A stretch of 64,000 bases of DNA, taken from NCBI GenBank assembly GCA_963674785.1, contig OY771555.1, forward strand, positions 480,001 to 544,000, given 5' to 3'. The position numbers and the translations under genes are program-made. The notes below the pieces were generated by a model. That model searched no databases, was not told the origin of the DNA, and was given only the letters and a program-made list of their open reading frames with translations. Origin of the DNA: Caldisericia bacterium. Its GTDB lineage: Bacteria > Caldisericota > Caldisericia > JAAYUI01. Below are positions 20,391 to 32,033 of this stretch, piece by piece. Within the stretch, counting starts at the first letter, position 1. Each line of letters opens with the position of its first letter.

Positions 20391-21773
20391 ATGAAGAAAT
20401 CAAAAAGACGAAAGAAGCTGATTAAGGTTCTTTTCAGGCTCAGTCTGCTTGCGTTTGCCGGAGTGTTTGTTATTTGGGGGCTTTGGGCAGGTGCATCATG
20501 TTTGATTGGAAGAAGCAGAACAACCCAGAATGTAAATATCTTTTTGTATGACGATATTATTGGCAAACTTGTTCCCGTGCAAAGAGAGATTCCAAAAGAA
20601 AACATCCATGAGGGAATCATCAGGTCACTTATAGCGGGACCCGAAAAAGGTGAGTTTGTTCTACCAACAATCAATCCAGAGGCAAAACTCAGATCAATTA
20701 AGGTCACAGAAAGAATCGCAACAGTTGATTTCACAGCAGAGATTAAAGACATTGGTAACATCAATGTTCCCGAAAAAGAGATAGCATATTCGGTCATAAA
20801 CACTCTTCTTCTGCTGCCAGACATTGATAGCGTCGCGTTCAAAATAGCTGGCGAAAAACCATCATACCTCTCTGAAACGTTTGATATATCCGGTGTTTTT
20901 TCAGATATTTCAGAAGATGCTCCGCCATCACATGACTACATCCTCTACTTCCCAGACAAAAGAGGAAGGTTTATTGCTGCAGAAACAACAAAAATCAAAG
21001 AAACCGCGGACACAAAGGATGTCGCTTCCTTCCTCGCCAGAAGATATATCCAGGGAACTGAAAACTCAAAATTCTACTGTGCGCTTTCTCCAGAAACAAA
21101 GGTTTTAAGTACATCCCTTACACAAACACTTCTGACTGTGAATTTTTCATCAGATATTATCAAATCCAGCCTTTCAGCTGAAGAAGAATCAGACTTTTTG
21201 AAGTCATTCATCTGGACAATGACAGAGCTTTCTGGAGTTGAAAGCGTCATGATCGAAATTGAGGGGTCTGTTGTGGATTCAGTTTTTGGACATCACTACT
21301 ACAAAAATCCATTCACAAGGCTTGATGAAGAGCGAATCGTAGACACAGAGGGAAGTGGACTTCCGGTTTTGATCTATTTTGCTGTCGAAACAGGGGACGA
21401 GGAATACCAGCTTGTACCGAGACTTCGGTATATATCAGCAATAAATGATGTGCTTCCACAGGTTGTAAACATTCTGCTTGCGGGACCCGACGGAAGTGAA
21501 TCTGAAAACACAATTATTTCCTGCATCCCAAAAGATTTTACAGGAAAAGCGACACTTGAGGGTGGGACAGTAAGCATCAATCTAATCCCCGAAAATGATT
21601 TCGCAAAACTGAAAAACAAAGCTGTTGAGGAGATGTTTGTCAGACAGATTGTAATGACGCTGACAGAAAACAGGGTCGGAGCAGACCTTGTAAACATCTC
21701 AATCGACGGAATGACACAGGAAAAACTCCCATATGGTACATTCCTGTCAGGTGACCTTCAAAGGAATCCATGA
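20391..21773 (+). CDS. GerMN domain protein (three repeats)
   Basis: Repeated LVPVxR...LxxGP...TVDF...IxxTL pattern; N-terminal transmembrane helix. Confidence 0.85.
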   Translation: MKKSKRRKKLIKVLFRLSLLAFAGVFVIWGLWAGASCLIGRSRTTQNVNIFLYDDIIGKLVPVQREIPKENIHEGIIRSLIAGPEKGEFVLPTINPEAKLRSIKVTERIATVDFTAEIKDIGNINVPEKEIAYSVINTLLLLPDIDSVAFKIAGEKPSYLSETFDISGVFSDISEDAPPSHDYILYFPDKRGRFIAAETTKIKETADTKDVASFLARRYIQGTENSKFYCALSPETKVLSTSLTQTLLTVNFSSDIIKSSLSAEEESDFLKSFIWTMTELSGVESVMIEIEGSVVDSVFGHHYYKNPFTRLDEERIVDTEGSGLPVLIYFAVETGDEEYQLVPRLRYISAINDVLPQVVNILLAGPDGSESENTIISCIPKDFTGKATLEGGTVSINLIPENDFAKLKNKAVEEMFVRQIVMTLTENRVGADLVNISIDGMTQEKLPYGTFLSGDLQRNP

Positions 21774-23398
21774 AAAAAATATTCATCATCATTCTTGTTA
21801 TTTCTGTGTTTTTGTCTTTGGGATTGAAACCTGAAGAGTACAGGATTTATGTTGAGTCAGATAACCCTATTGGTGAAGTAGCTTTCCATCTTCTTGATGA
21901 TGATACATATTATTGTATCTGTGAACCAGAAGAGATTACCCCTGATTCTGTAGTTATCTCAAAGATTGTAAACGGCCAGAAACCAGGACTTTTCCATACC
22001 TATGACGAGGTCAATGCTGAGCTTGAAAAACTTGCTACAGATTATCCTGAGAAATGCCAGATGTTGACAGTTGGTTCATCATTTGAGGGAAGAGAGATTA
22101 ACGCTCTCAGGTTTTATCCTGGAAGCCCCTCCCCAGGATTTTTGTTTGTTGGAACACACCACGCAAGGGAATGGATGAGCACAGAAATCCCACTTGAACT
22201 CTGCCATTATCTTTCCAAAAACCCCGACTCCGACCCAAGAGTTGATGAATGGTTATCGAAATTCGATATCTGGATAATTCCAATGCTCAATCCAGATGGT
22301 CACCAGTTTACGGTTGACCATGACAGGATGTGGAGAAAAAACAGAAAGCCTGTTGGCATGACTGGTGAGACTGGAGTTGACTTGAACAGAAACTACGGTT
22401 ACCACTGGGGTGGAGAGGGTGCATCTGGCGATCCAAGTAGCATTGTTTACCACGGAGAAGGTCCTTTCTCAGAGCTTGAAACCCAGGTCATCAAAAAACT
22501 TGTGCAAGAATTTCCCATGATTGGATGCCTGACCTACCATACCTTTGGAGAATTGGTGCTTTACCCGTGGTCATATGCCAGTGAACGGGCACCATATGAA
22601 GAGCTCATGCAGGAACATGCAATTGGGCTAGCCGAAAAAACAGGTGAACCAGATGATGAAGAGGACAAAAACTCAAAGCACGAGTTTGCTGGAAAATATG
22701 ACTACCTTCCAATCAAGGCCTCCGAGCTCTACTGTGCATCTGGTGAGATGTGCGATTATCTCTACTCACAACACGGCACGGCATCATTTACAATTGAAGT
22801 TGGCTGCAAAAAAGACGGCTTTACACCTGAAGACTCACTCATCGAACCAACAATCGATCAGCTTCTGGACTTGAATTTCTACATGCTTGATGAGATTCCA
22901 AAGGATTTTTGCATTGTAGAAGGATTCATCAAAACCGCCATTGGCACAGTGCCTGATGCAAAAATCTATCTTGGCAAGAGCTATTTTGAGATCGAACCCG
23001 ACCCATTCACCGGTTATTACTTCAGGGTGCTGCCTATCGGAAAACATCTGCTCAAAGCGGAGTGGACAAAAGATGACACCCACCGTGAGATGGTGGAGCT
23101 GACAGAAGGCATCAACAGGATTGATCTCACCTGGGTTCGTGAGGATGGACTCACACTTTCAGGGGACATCCTTGATGAAACAGGAGAACCATCAAAAACC
23201 CACATCACACTGATCGACTCAAACGGCACCACCGTTTCAGAAGGGTTTTTTGAAGGGGAATATACTTTTTCAAACCTCAACAAGGACGAGTACACCCTGA
23301 TCGCCAGCCAACCCGAAACCCCACCTGTCAGCTACAATGTTAGCCTTGTCTGGGATCTGTCTGTTCCTGTTATGGTGAAGGGTGTTTTTGGGTATTAG
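21770..23398 (+). CDS. M14 zinc carboxypeptidase with C-terminal beta-sandwich domains
   Basis: HHAREW, NPDG, WRKNR, GVDLNRN, YHTFGE, FTIE. Confidence 0.9.
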   Translation: MKKIFIIILVISVFLSLGLKPEEYRIYVESDNPIGEVAFHLLDDDTYYCICEPEEITPDSVVISKIVNGQKPGLFHTYDEVNAELEKLATDYPEKCQMLTVGSSFEGREINALRFYPGSPSPGFLFVGTHHAREWMSTEIPLELCHYLSKNPDSDPRVDEWLSKFDIWIIPMLNPDGHQFTVDHDRMWRKNRKPVGMTGETGVDLNRNYGYHWGGEGASGDPSSIVYHGEGPFSELETQVIKKLVQEFPMIGCLTYHTFGELVLYPWSYASERAPYEELMQEHAIGLAEKTGEPDDEEDKNSKHEFAGKYDYLPIKASELYCASGEMCDYLYSQHGTASFTIEVGCKKDGFTPEDSLIEPTIDQLLDLNFYMLDEIPKDFCIVEGFIKTAIGTVPDAKIYLGKSYFEIEPDPFTGYYFRVLPIGKHLLKAEWTKDDTHREMVELTEGINRIDLTWVREDGLTLSGDILDETGEPSKTHITLIDSNGTTVSEGFFEGEYTFSNLNKDEYTLIASQPETPPVSYNVSLVWDLSVPVMVKGVFGY

Positions 23399-23406
23399 AT
23401 AAAACG

Positions 23407-23569
23407 CCCTCCCTCATCAGGGAGGGATGTCACCAAAGGTGACAGGGAGGGTTAATCCCAATCACCTTCATTCCCGCTTTCCCCAACGTCATTCCCGGCT
23501 TGACCGGGAATCTTCACCCTCCATCATTCCCACTCTCTCACACGTCATTCCCGCGCAGGCGGGAATCCA
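23407..23569. repeat. REP cluster left of DUF4917 gene 1
   Basis: Reverse CCCTCCC element; CGTCATTCCCGGCTTGACCGGGAATC; GTCATTCCCGCGCAGGCGGGAATCCA. Confidence 0.85.
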
Positions 23570-23726
23570 TGTGTTTTCTGATGCAAACAAAATCTTCGAA
23601 TCTACATATTTTCATATGTAAAACTTTATAATTTAGAGTTGATAATAACTTAGGATTTGACGTTGTGAGCCTTCCTTATATCATTTCAATATAATTTGAA
23701 TCCAGTATTGGGAGAAAAAAGGCTTT

Positions 23727-24821
23727 ATGAGTCAAGAATATATAGAAGTTAGCTCAGAGGAATTATGGAATGAAGTTTTTCCAAAAGCAAGTATAGAAAA
23801 CAAAATAAGGGTAGATCGAGATGGTAAACCAAAAACTGCAATTCTTCTCGGTGCAGGATTTACAAACAAATATATTCCAAACACTTGGGGATATGACAAC
23901 ATATGGGATTATGCCAGCAGATTTGCTTTTGATAATGATGAGAAAGACATTCTAGAGTTAATGGACAATTATTTTAAAGAAATGGGGAACAAGAATTTTG
24001 AAAGGTTGATTGCATTATCAAATGAATGTACAGATTTTCTCAATTTAGCAAAAAAACCATTCAAGATTTTTCTAAATAGCAAACAAATTCTGAGAATCAA
24101 AGAAGTTTTCATAAATGCTATGCACAATGCTGGAATAGACTCAGAAAAAAGACTATGCAATAACACCCCAGCTAGAGAGATAGGGAGCTTTTTAACAAGA
24201 TTCGACCAAGTTTTTACAACCAACTACGATCCATTAGTTTATTGGTCAATAATGAAGCACACAAATTCAGACGAAAATCGATATACTATTGGAGATTTTT
24301 TTCATCGTGGGGAGTATGCCCCAGAAAATCCAAACTTTGTTAATGCAGTTTTAGAAAGGGATAAAACTCTCGTCTCGTATCTTCATGGAGCTTTTTTTAA
24401 TACAGACACCGATTCAATATATAAAATATCAACATCTCCTGATTCAGATGAATCCCTAATGAAGTTAGCAAAGAAGCGATATGGCATTCATAATATAAAA
24501 CCATTGATTGTTACAGACGGTAGTTCTGAACAAAAGATTCTTGCAATTGATCACAATAGGTATCTGAGTGATTCATTGAGCAGACTTAGAAGATTTGACT
24601 TAGATTATCTTTGCACAATAGGTTTTGGGTTTACACCACCAGACAAACATATTATTGACTCAATAAGGCATAATAGACCAAGTAAAATTGCTATAGGCTA
24701 CTATGGCGAAATAGGTAATAATATGAAGAAATTCATCAAAGATATAATGCAATGGAATCCAAAGTGTGAAATTATGGTTTTTAAAACAAATCAGCTTCCT
24801 TGTGATGAAACACCCCCGTAG
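23727..24821 (+). CDS. DUF4917 / SIR2-like protein (putative defence)
   Basis: ILLGAGF, VFTTNYDPLVYW, YLHGA, PLIVTDGSSEQK...NRYL, IGFGF..DKHI; AT-rich. Confidence 0.8.
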   Translation: MSQEYIEVSSEELWNEVFPKASIENKIRVDRDGKPKTAILLGAGFTNKYIPNTWGYDNIWDYASRFAFDNDEKDILELMDNYFKEMGNKNFERLIALSNECTDFLNLAKKPFKIFLNSKQILRIKEVFINAMHNAGIDSEKRLCNNTPAREIGSFLTRFDQVFTTNYDPLVYWSIMKHTNSDENRYTIGDFFHRGEYAPENPNFVNAVLERDKTLVSYLHGAFFNTDTDSIYKISTSPDSDESLMKLAKKRYGIHNIKPLIVTDGSSEQKILAIDHNRYLSDSLSRLRRFDLDYLCTIGFGFTPPDKHIIDSIRHNRPSKIAIGYYGEIGNNMKKFIKDIMQWNPKCEIMVFKTNQLPCDETPP

Positions 24822-24847
24822 GGAGAACATTCATTTCTTAGGCTTCC

Positions 24848-25140
24848 TGGATTCCCGCCTGCGCGGGAATGACAGAGAGAAGATGCTGTCATAAGTGCGG
24901 AATGAAGGTGTTGCTAGCCAGGTAAACTTTCTTCGCTTATGTCTTTCCAGCGATGCTTTGACAACTCAGCAACCAGCTGGAAACCAAGGTACATAAAAGC
25001 GTGTTTTTTTATCTGGTCGGATTGCTTGACCTAGAACAAAACTCTTTACGAAATAGTTAATGTTACAATTCTAACCCTGGATTCCCGGTCGTAGCCGGGA
25101 ATGACGGGGTGGGGGATTCCGGGTCAAGCCCGGAATGACG
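24848..25140. repeat. REP cluster right of DUF4917 gene 1, including reverse REP doublet 24941-25106
   Basis: TGGATTCCCGCCTGCGCGGGAATGAC; CTGGATTCCCGGTCGTAGCCGGGAATGACG; GATTCCGGGTCAAGCCCGGAATGACG. Confidence 0.85.
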
Positions 25141-25215
25141 GGAAGAGATTGAGGGAGGGCAAAGGGGCTGGATAATCTCCAAAAATCGGCTATCATAAAA
25201 AAGCGGAGGTTTGAA

Positions 25216-26844
25216 ATGCCAAAATTCCTGTTTGTAACGGGTGGAGTTCTGAGTTCCCTTGGAAAGGGAATTGTGTGTGCATCGCTTGGAATGCTTTTGA
25301 AAGCGAGAGGTTACAAGGTAACCGTTTTGAAGTTTGACCCATACCTGAATGTTGATGCGGGTTCACAAAACCCATTTCAGCATGGTGAGGTTTTTGTGAC
25401 AAATGATGGTGCAGAGACCGACCTTGACCTTGGTCATTATGAACGCTTTTTAAACCAGCCGCTTGGAAGAATGAACAACGTGACCACAGGCTCTCTTTAT
25501 CAGTCTGTTCTCGCAAAAGAACGTCGTGGAGACTTCCTTGGTTCAACCGTTCAGATTATTCCACACCTCACACAAGAGATAAAATCACGTATCCTTGCGC
25601 TTGCTGATGAAACCGAGTCGGATATTGTGCTTTGCGAGATAGGCGGAACTGTCGGAGACATTGAGTCTCAGCCGTTCCTCGAGGCTATCCGTCAGTTTGG
25701 TGCTGAGCGAGCAGAAGACGATGTTCTCTATATCCATCTAACATATGTTCCACATCTGAAGATCACGGGTGAACTCAAAACCAAACCAACACAGCACTCC
25801 GTCATTGAGCTCAGACGTTCCGGTATCAAACCAGACATAATCGCCTGCAGGTGTGAAGTCCCAGTTGGTATTGATGTTCAGGAAAAAATCGCAATGTTTT
25901 GTGATGTGCCATTTGACCATGTTTACTCAATCCCTGACTTACCAAGTGTCTACCGAGTACCACCGATGATTGATAGCCAGGGCATGGTTGACCAGCTTTC
26001 AAAACTTTGGGGAATGCTTCCACGAACAGGTGATTTGACTGAGTGGAACGCAATGCTTGATAAAACTGAAAAGCTTGATGAAAACGTCAAGATTGCGATG
26101 ATTGGCAAATATTCAAAACTCACGGATGCCTATCTTTCTGTTAATGAATCACTCAAACATGCTGGCATCCACCTTGGTGCAAAGGTCGACATCGAATGGA
26201 TTGAGGCAGAAGCACTTGAAAAACCAGGCGGAACCGATGTCTTGAAGGACTATCATGGCGTGCTTGTTCCTGGAGGATTTGGTTACCGTGGAGTTGAGGG
26301 AAAGATAAACGCTGCAAACTACGCAAGAGTCAACAGTGTTCCATATCTTGGACTCTGCCTTGGTCTTCATATGATGATAATCGAGTTTGCAAGAAATGTC
26401 TGCGGACTCGAAGGTGCAAACTCCACAGAATTCCTTCCTGATGGTAAATATCCTGTTATTGATGTCATGGCTGACCAGAAATATGTCACAGAAAAAGGTG
26501 GCACAATGAGACTTGGTGCTCAACCTTGTGTGATCGAAGAGGGAACATATACGGGTGAGATTTATAATCAGGCAAAGATTTCAGAACGTCATAGACATCG
26601 ATTTGAGGTAAACAACAAATACCGTGAACTCATGCAGGATAAAGGTATGGTTTTCTCTGGAATCAATCCAAACCTCGGGCTTGTTGAGATTGGAGAACTT
26701 AAGAATCATCCATTTATGATCGGTGTACAGTTCCATCCAGAGTTTGGGAGCAATCCGCTCAAACCACATCCGTTGTTCATGGAGTTTGTAAAAAAAGCAC
26801 TAAATCTGAAAAGGAACCCAAACCCACCTCAACTGGATATGTAG
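25216..26844 (+). CDS. pyrG: CTP synthase
   Basis: [44 protein letters not shown]. Confidence 0.98.
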   Translation: MPKFLFVTGGVLSSLGKGIVCASLGMLLKARGYKVTVLKFDPYLNVDAGSQNPFQHGEVFVTNDGAETDLDLGHYERFLNQPLGRMNNVTTGSLYQSVLAKERRGDFLGSTVQIIPHLTQEIKSRILALADETESDIVLCEIGGTVGDIESQPFLEAIRQFGAERAEDDVLYIHLTYVPHLKITGELKTKPTQHSVIELRRSGIKPDIIACRCEVPVGIDVQEKIAMFCDVPFDHVYSIPDLPSVYRVPPMIDSQGMVDQLSKLWGMLPRTGDLTEWNAMLDKTEKLDENVKIAMIGKYSKLTDAYLSVNESLKHAGIHLGAKVDIEWIEAEALEKPGGTDVLKDYHGVLVPGGFGYRGVEGKINAANYARVNSVPYLGLCLGLHMMIIEFARNVCGLEGANSTEFLPDGKYPVIDVMADQKYVTEKGGTMRLGAQPCVIEEGTYTGEIYNQAKISERHRHRFEVNNKYRELMQDKGMVFSGINPNLGLVEIGELKNHPFMIGVQFHPEFGSNPLKPHPLFMEFVKKALNLKRNPNPPQLDM

Positions 26845-26850
26845 TATATC

Positions 26851-29844
26851 ATGCCAAGAAAAACAATTTTCATCAAAGGTGCCAGAGAGCACAACCTGAA
26901 AAATATTGATTTGACAATCCCAAAACATTCAATGGTGGTTGTCACAGGACTATCTGGTTCTGGAAAATCATCACTTGCCTTTGACACACTTTATGCCGAG
27001 GGGCAGAGAAGATATGTTGAGTCACTTTCTGCGTATGCAAGACAGTTTATCGGCATGATGCAAAAACCTGATGTCGACAATATCGAAGGGTTATCTCCTG
27101 CAATCTCAATTGATCAGAAGGCTAGTTCAAAAAACCCAAGGTCAACTGTTGGCACCCTCACAGAAATCTATGATTACCTAAGACTTCTGATGGCAAGGGC
27201 TGGAATCCCACACTGTCCAAAGTGTGGAAAGGCTATCCAAAGGGTGACCGTTGAACAGATGGTTGACCGTCTCATGGAAGAGCATGAAAATTGGAGATGC
27301 ACAGTTCTTGGACCAATTGTAAGACAACGCAAAGGTCAACACAAAGACACCATCAGTAAGATGCAGAAGGCTGGATACACAAAACTTCGTGTCGATGGAT
27401 TCACATATGATATTGATGAGCAGATTGATATTGCAAAAACAAAACGTCACGACATTGATGTTATTGTTGATAGACTTCTTGTAAATGAGGAATCCAAGGG
27501 AAGGCTTGCTGATTCACTTGAAACTGCACTCAAACTTGGTGAGGGAGTCCTGAAGGTTCTTGTTGCCAAGTCTCGAGATGATGAACCAATCGAGATGACA
27601 TTTTCTGAAAACTTCGCCTGCCCTGACTGTGATATTTCAATTGAGGAGATTGAACCAAGATTGTTCTCCTTCAACTCACCATTTGGTGCATGTCCTGAGT
27701 GTGATGGTCTCGGCAACAAGCTTGTGGTTTCTGAAGACCTCATGATCCCTGACCAGAGCCTTTCAATCGAAGAAGGAGCAATCAAAGCCCCCGGTTTCAA
27801 TTCTCCTGATAGCATGAGCAATGGTTTTTTGAAGCAGATTGCAACACATTTTGAAATTGATCTTAAAAAACCCTGGAAGGATATTCCACAGGAGAAAAAA
27901 GACAAACTACTATACGGAACTGGCAAGAAAACAATCCGCCTCGAGTGGACAAACAGTGCCGGTGACACCTACAAAAGACGAATATATTTTTCAGGACTAG
28001 CAAACACGATTGAGCGAAGATATAAACAGACCACATCACAGGGGATGCGTGAGTGGTACGAGCAGATGATGGAACCAGTCCCTTGCACAACCTGTGGCGG
28101 CAAAAGACTCAAACCTGAGGCTCTTGCTGTAACACTAGGCGAGAAAAATATCGCAGAGATAACCGCAATGCCAATCGATGCCTGCTTTGATTTCTTTGAG
28201 GGAATCAAGCTGACTGCAAGACAACAGGCAATCGCAAAGCAGGTTTTGATTGAGATAAAATCCAGACTCAGATTTTTGCTTGATGTTGGGCTTTCATACC
28301 TGACTCTAAACCGAGCATCAGCAACCCTTGCTGGAGGTGAAGCACAGAGACTGAGACTTGCAACCCAGATTGGCTCAGGGCTTGGTGGAGTTTTATATGT
28401 TCTTGATGAACCTTCAATTGGGCTTCACAGCCGTGACAATACAAGGCTTCTTGCCACTTTGAAGCGACTCAGGGATTTGGGTAATACCCTTGTTGTGGTT
28501 GAGCATGACGAAGAGACCATAAGAACTGCTGACTTCCTTGTAGACATTGGGCCAGGTGCTGGTGTTCATGGTGGACATGTTGTCGCAACCGGATCACCTG
28601 ATGATATTGCAGCTGTTCCAGAATCAATCACAGGGCAGTTCATCGCAAAAAAAAGAACGATTGCTGTTCCAGAAAAAAGAAGACGTGGAAACAAACACGC
28701 TTTGAAAATCATCAACCCTCAGGAACACAACCTGAAAGGTGGAGAGTTTGAAATTCCCCTTGGTGTGATGTGCGTCGTGACAGGTGTTTCAGGATCAGGT
28801 AAGTCCACGCTCATCAACGACATTCTTAACAGATACATTAGCAGAAGATTCTACGGCTCAAGAAAAATGCCAGGCAAGGTTGATAAAATTGAGGGACTTG
28901 AACATATCGACAAGATTGTAACAGTCGACCAATCACCAATAGGAAGAACACCACGCTCAAACCCCGCTACATACACAGGAATTTTTACACCAATACGTGA
29001 GCTTTTTGCAAAACTACCTAAGTCGAAGGCAAGGGGATATGGCCCCGGAAGGTTTTCCTTTAACGTGAAGGGTGGAAGGTGTGAAGCCTGCAAGGGTGAT
29101 GGAATGCTCAAAATCGAGATGCAGTTCCTTCCAGATGTCTATGTTCCCTGCGAGGTCTGCAAGGGGAAACGTTTCAACCGGGAAACACTTGAGATTGAAT
29201 TCAAAGGCAAGTCAATCTCTGATATCCTTGATCTTTCAGTTGAAGAGGGTGAAAAGCTATTTGAGAACTTCCCAGGAATCCACCGCAAACTCAAGATGCT
29301 AAATGAAGTTGGGCTTGGTTACATCAAGCTTGGTCAACCTGCAACAACTCTTTCTGGTGGAGAGGCCCAAAGAATAAAACTCACATCAGAACTTGCAAAA
29401 CGTGGAACAGGAAGAACTCTTTATATCCTTGATGAACCAACAACAGGACTTCACATGGCAGATGTTGACAGACTTATTCAGGTTCTAAATCAGCTCGTGG
29501 ACATGGGCAATTCTGTTCTCATAATTGAACACAACATGGATGTCATAAAGTCTGCTGATTATATACTCGACCTTGGCCCCGAGGGAGGCGACTGGGGAGG
29601 ATTGCTTGTCGCTCATGGAGCACCAGAGGAAATCTGCATGGTGGAACAATCCTACACAGGAAAATATCTAAAGGACTACATCAAGAAATCAAGGTGGGGT
29701 AAACCAAAATGGAAGGATTATGAATCCCCAATTGATGATGAGAAAGTCAGATCACCAAGACGCAAAGTTCGCCAAAGGAAAGCATCTGAAGAGGAACTTG
29801 CCGAGGAGATCATGGAGCAGTTCATCGACTCCATGGATGAGTAG
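26851..29844 (+). CDS. uvrA: Excinuclease ABC subunit A
   Basis: GAREHNLKN, two Walker A motifs (SGSGKS), zinc fingers, [11 protein letters not shown]. Confidence 0.98.
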   Translation: MPRKTIFIKGAREHNLKNIDLTIPKHSMVVVTGLSGSGKSSLAFDTLYAEGQRRYVESLSAYARQFIGMMQKPDVDNIEGLSPAISIDQKASSKNPRSTVGTLTEIYDYLRLLMARAGIPHCPKCGKAIQRVTVEQMVDRLMEEHENWRCTVLGPIVRQRKGQHKDTISKMQKAGYTKLRVDGFTYDIDEQIDIAKTKRHDIDVIVDRLLVNEESKGRLADSLETALKLGEGVLKVLVAKSRDDEPIEMTFSENFACPDCDISIEEIEPRLFSFNSPFGACPECDGLGNKLVVSEDLMIPDQSLSIEEGAIKAPGFNSPDSMSNGFLKQIATHFEIDLKKPWKDIPQEKKDKLLYGTGKKTIRLEWTNSAGDTYKRRIYFSGLANTIERRYKQTTSQGMREWYEQMMEPVPCTTCGGKRLKPEALAVTLGEKNIAEITAMPIDACFDFFEGIKLTARQQAIAKQVLIEIKSRLRFLLDVGLSYLTLNRASATLAGGEAQRLRLATQIGSGLGGVLYVLDEPSIGLHSRDNTRLLATLKRLRDLGNTLVVVEHDEETIRTADFLVDIGPGAGVHGGHVVATGSPDDIAAVPESITGQFIAKKRTIAVPEKRRRGNKHALKIINPQEHNLKGGEFEIPLGVMCVVTGVSGSGKSTLINDILNRYISRRFYGSRKMPGKVDKIEGLEHIDKIVTVDQSPIGRTPRSNPATYTGIFTPIRELFAKLPKSKARGYGPGRFSFNVKGGRCEACKGDGMLKIEMQFLPDVYVPCEVCKGKRFNRETLEIEFKGKSISDILDLSVEEGEKLFENFPGIHRKLKMLNEVGLGYIKLGQPATTLSGGEAQRIKLTSELAKRGTGRTLYILDEPTTGLHMADVDRLIQVLNQLVDMGNSVLIIEHNMDVIKSADYILDLGPEGGDWGGLLVAHGAPEEICMVEQSYTGKYLKDYIKKSRWGKPKWKDYESPIDDEKVRSPRRKVRQRKASEEELAEEIMEQFIDSMDE

Positions 29845-29855
29845 GAAAACACACA

Positions 29856-31067
29856 CTACAACCTCAGAATAAAATCTGTCAGAGCCTCAGCTATCTCTGT
29901 GATCCTTTCGAAACTCACAATATCAAGGTTATCCTTTGGTGTATGGGTAATTTCTTGACTATCAATATTTTCTGTAAACCAAGCAGATGATACTGCAACA
30001 GCTGGGATTCCACTTTGAATAAAGATGCTATGATCTCCCTGATACCATTTGACACCCTCTTTTATTTTATCAAACTTTTGGAGGGTTTGATTCGCTTTTT
30101 TATGGATTTCTTCTGGTAAATCGTAGAATGAAAACGCAGATAACCCATCCTTGTATCCTGCCCCATCGATGTTGATGTTGAGCATTATGTCATCGGTTTT
30201 CTTCATGGACTTTTTGATGTATTCCATCTGACCTGAAACTGCATAATAGTCTTCACCGTTTAATGCCACGATCTCGATGAGTTTGTTGCCATCATAGTTT
30301 TTCAAAGTTTCTGCAAGGAGAAGCAGAATTGTAACCCCTGTTGCATTATCGATTGCCCCAGGTGTTCCTTTTTTTGCATCGATGTGTGCTGTGATGATTA
30401 TACGGTTGCCAGAAGGATTACCTGTTTTTGAAATTATATTTTCACCAGTTCCTGGGATTCTCTTTGATCTAGAAACAAGATTTATCTTTTCACCAGCAAA
30501 AGCAAGAAGATTCTTGCCATCTTCTTCTGTCATGAAAACTGACGGGATATCAAAGTCTCCATCCTCAATCAATGGGAATGGGTAAACACCACCGGCAAGG
30601 GCTGCGTTTCTTCCTGTTGCACAGATGATTGCCGTTGGTTTTTTCTCTTCAAGCAGGGATATGATTTTTTTGTGATGGTCGGGATTATAGAAAACAAAGT
30701 TTTTTGGCATGAGCTGTTCAGCCGCAATTCCACCGTGAAGAAGCACAATTTTTCCTGTCAAATCTTTTCTCTCTAGCTCTTTGATATTTGATACTGAGAC
30801 TAATTCGGCAACCCCATCAAAACCAAGAGAATACGGACTTGGACGGCAGTAAAATGATAATCCTGAAGCGGTTAGTTTTGCGCCATCCTCCCACCAATCG
30901 ATGGCATCAAATCCTTGGGTTGTGACATCACAACCCAAGGATTTTACTATGCTTTTAAAAAAATCGGTCGCTTCTCTGTTGCCAGGATTTCCAACCGAGC
31001 GGTCAGAAATCTCGCTGCAAAACTTTTTCATGTAAGCTTTTCCGTGACTCAAAAGTGTATGCTTCAA
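29856..31067 (-). CDS. M28 family peptidase with PA domain
   Basis: TAHIDA, PGAIDNATG, GED, NID, GDH. The probable TTG start overlaps the upstream stop (ORF track gives 31094). Confidence 0.85.
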   Translation of the reverse strand: MKHTLLSHGKAYMKKFCSEISDRSVGNPGNREATDFFKSIVKSLGCDVTTQGFDAIDWWEDGAKLTASGLSFYCRPSPYSLGFDGVAELVSVSNIKELERKDLTGKIVLLHGGIAAEQLMPKNFVFYNPDHHKKIISLLEEKKPTAIICATGRNAALAGGVYPFPLIEDGDFDIPSVFMTEEDGKNLLAFAGEKINLVSRSKRIPGTGENIISKTGNPSGNRIIITAHIDAKKGTPGAIDNATGVTILLLLAETLKNYDGNKLIEIVALNGEDYYAVSGQMEYIKKSMKKTDDIMLNINIDGAGYKDGLSAFSFYDLPEEIHKKANQTLQKFDKIKEGVKWYQGDHSIFIQSGIPAVAVSSAWFTENIDSQEITHTPKDNLDIVSFERITEIAEALTDFILRL

Positions 31068-31963
31068 GAAAGTGCCTTTCTTGCAAATTCGCAAATCTCA
31101 GCCAATGCCTGTTTTGCCTCAGGGAAGAGTGGCGACATGATTGGGAATGCATGCACCATGTTGTCCCACACTGTAAATGTAATATTAACTCCAGCATCGT
31201 GCGCTTTTTCAGCCAGATTTCTGCAATCATCGAGGTGTATTTCGTGTGAACCAACACAGATATAAAGTGGTGGAAATCCATCAAAATCCCCAAACTGAGG
31301 GGAGAGAATCGGGTCGGTTGGGTCAGAGTCTGCAATATACATCTCTGTCCACACCTTCCAGGAATTCATCGGTGCTATATCATTTTTAGCATTGTATGTG
31401 AATGATTCAGCCAAACACCTGAGGTCTGTTACAGGAGAGATAACAAATGCTGCTTTTGGGAGTGGAAGATTCTCACGTTTGACAAGGTGCAAAAGCGAAA
31501 GAGTAAGTGTTGCCCCGGCAGACTCTCCACCGACAACAATATCATCTGCTTTATACCCATTTTCAAGTAGCCACCTGTATGCCTTCAAACAGTCCTCCGG
31601 TGCTGCAGGGAAGGGGTGTTCTGGTGCTAGTCTGTAGTCAAAAAGAAGGCACTTAAGCCCACTTCCTTTTGCAAACTTTGCAACATGCATGCGGTGTGTG
31701 ACAATCGAACCAGAGATAAATCCTCCGCCATGGATATAGAGAAGAATCTTACCAGGGATTGGGTTTTCCGGAGTAATCCACTGCCCATTCATTCCGTTTA
31801 TGTCTACATTTTCTGTATTAACACTTTTTGGAAGCTTCATGCTCCCGACAGCTTTATCGATTTCATCTCGAAATCCCTGCACATCAAAATTCTCATCTAC
31901 AATCTTTTTTTGCTGTCTGTTTTTCAGAGCCCATAATAGTAGTCTTGATCTAAAGCTTTGCAT
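31064..31963 (-). CDS. Alpha/beta hydrolase (HSL-family esterase)
   Basis: HGGGF, DYRLAPEHPFPA, GESAG. Confidence 0.92.
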   Translation of the reverse strand: MQSFRSRLLLWALKNRQQKKIVDENFDVQGFRDEIDKAVGSMKLPKSVNTENVDINGMNGQWITPENPIPGKILLYIHGGGFISGSIVTHRMHVAKFAKGSGLKCLLFDYRLAPEHPFPAAPEDCLKAYRWLLENGYKADDIVVGGESAGATLTLSLLHLVKRENLPLPKAAFVISPVTDLRCLAESFTYNAKNDIAPMNSWKVWTEMYIADSDPTDPILSPQFGDFDGFPPLYICVGSHEIHLDDCRNLAEKAHDAGVNITFTVWDNMVHAFPIMSPLFPEAKQALAEICEFARKALS

Positions 31964-32033
31964 ATTTCATCCTTTCATCGTATCAGTGAACTGACAGAAT
32001 AGGAAATACCAGGAAGTTTTCTTCCGGTTCATT

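Noticed and set aside
29690-29844. Charged C-terminal tails on UvrA and on the GT2 (about 18600-18705)
   Set aside because: Low-complexity extensions with no evidence of function.
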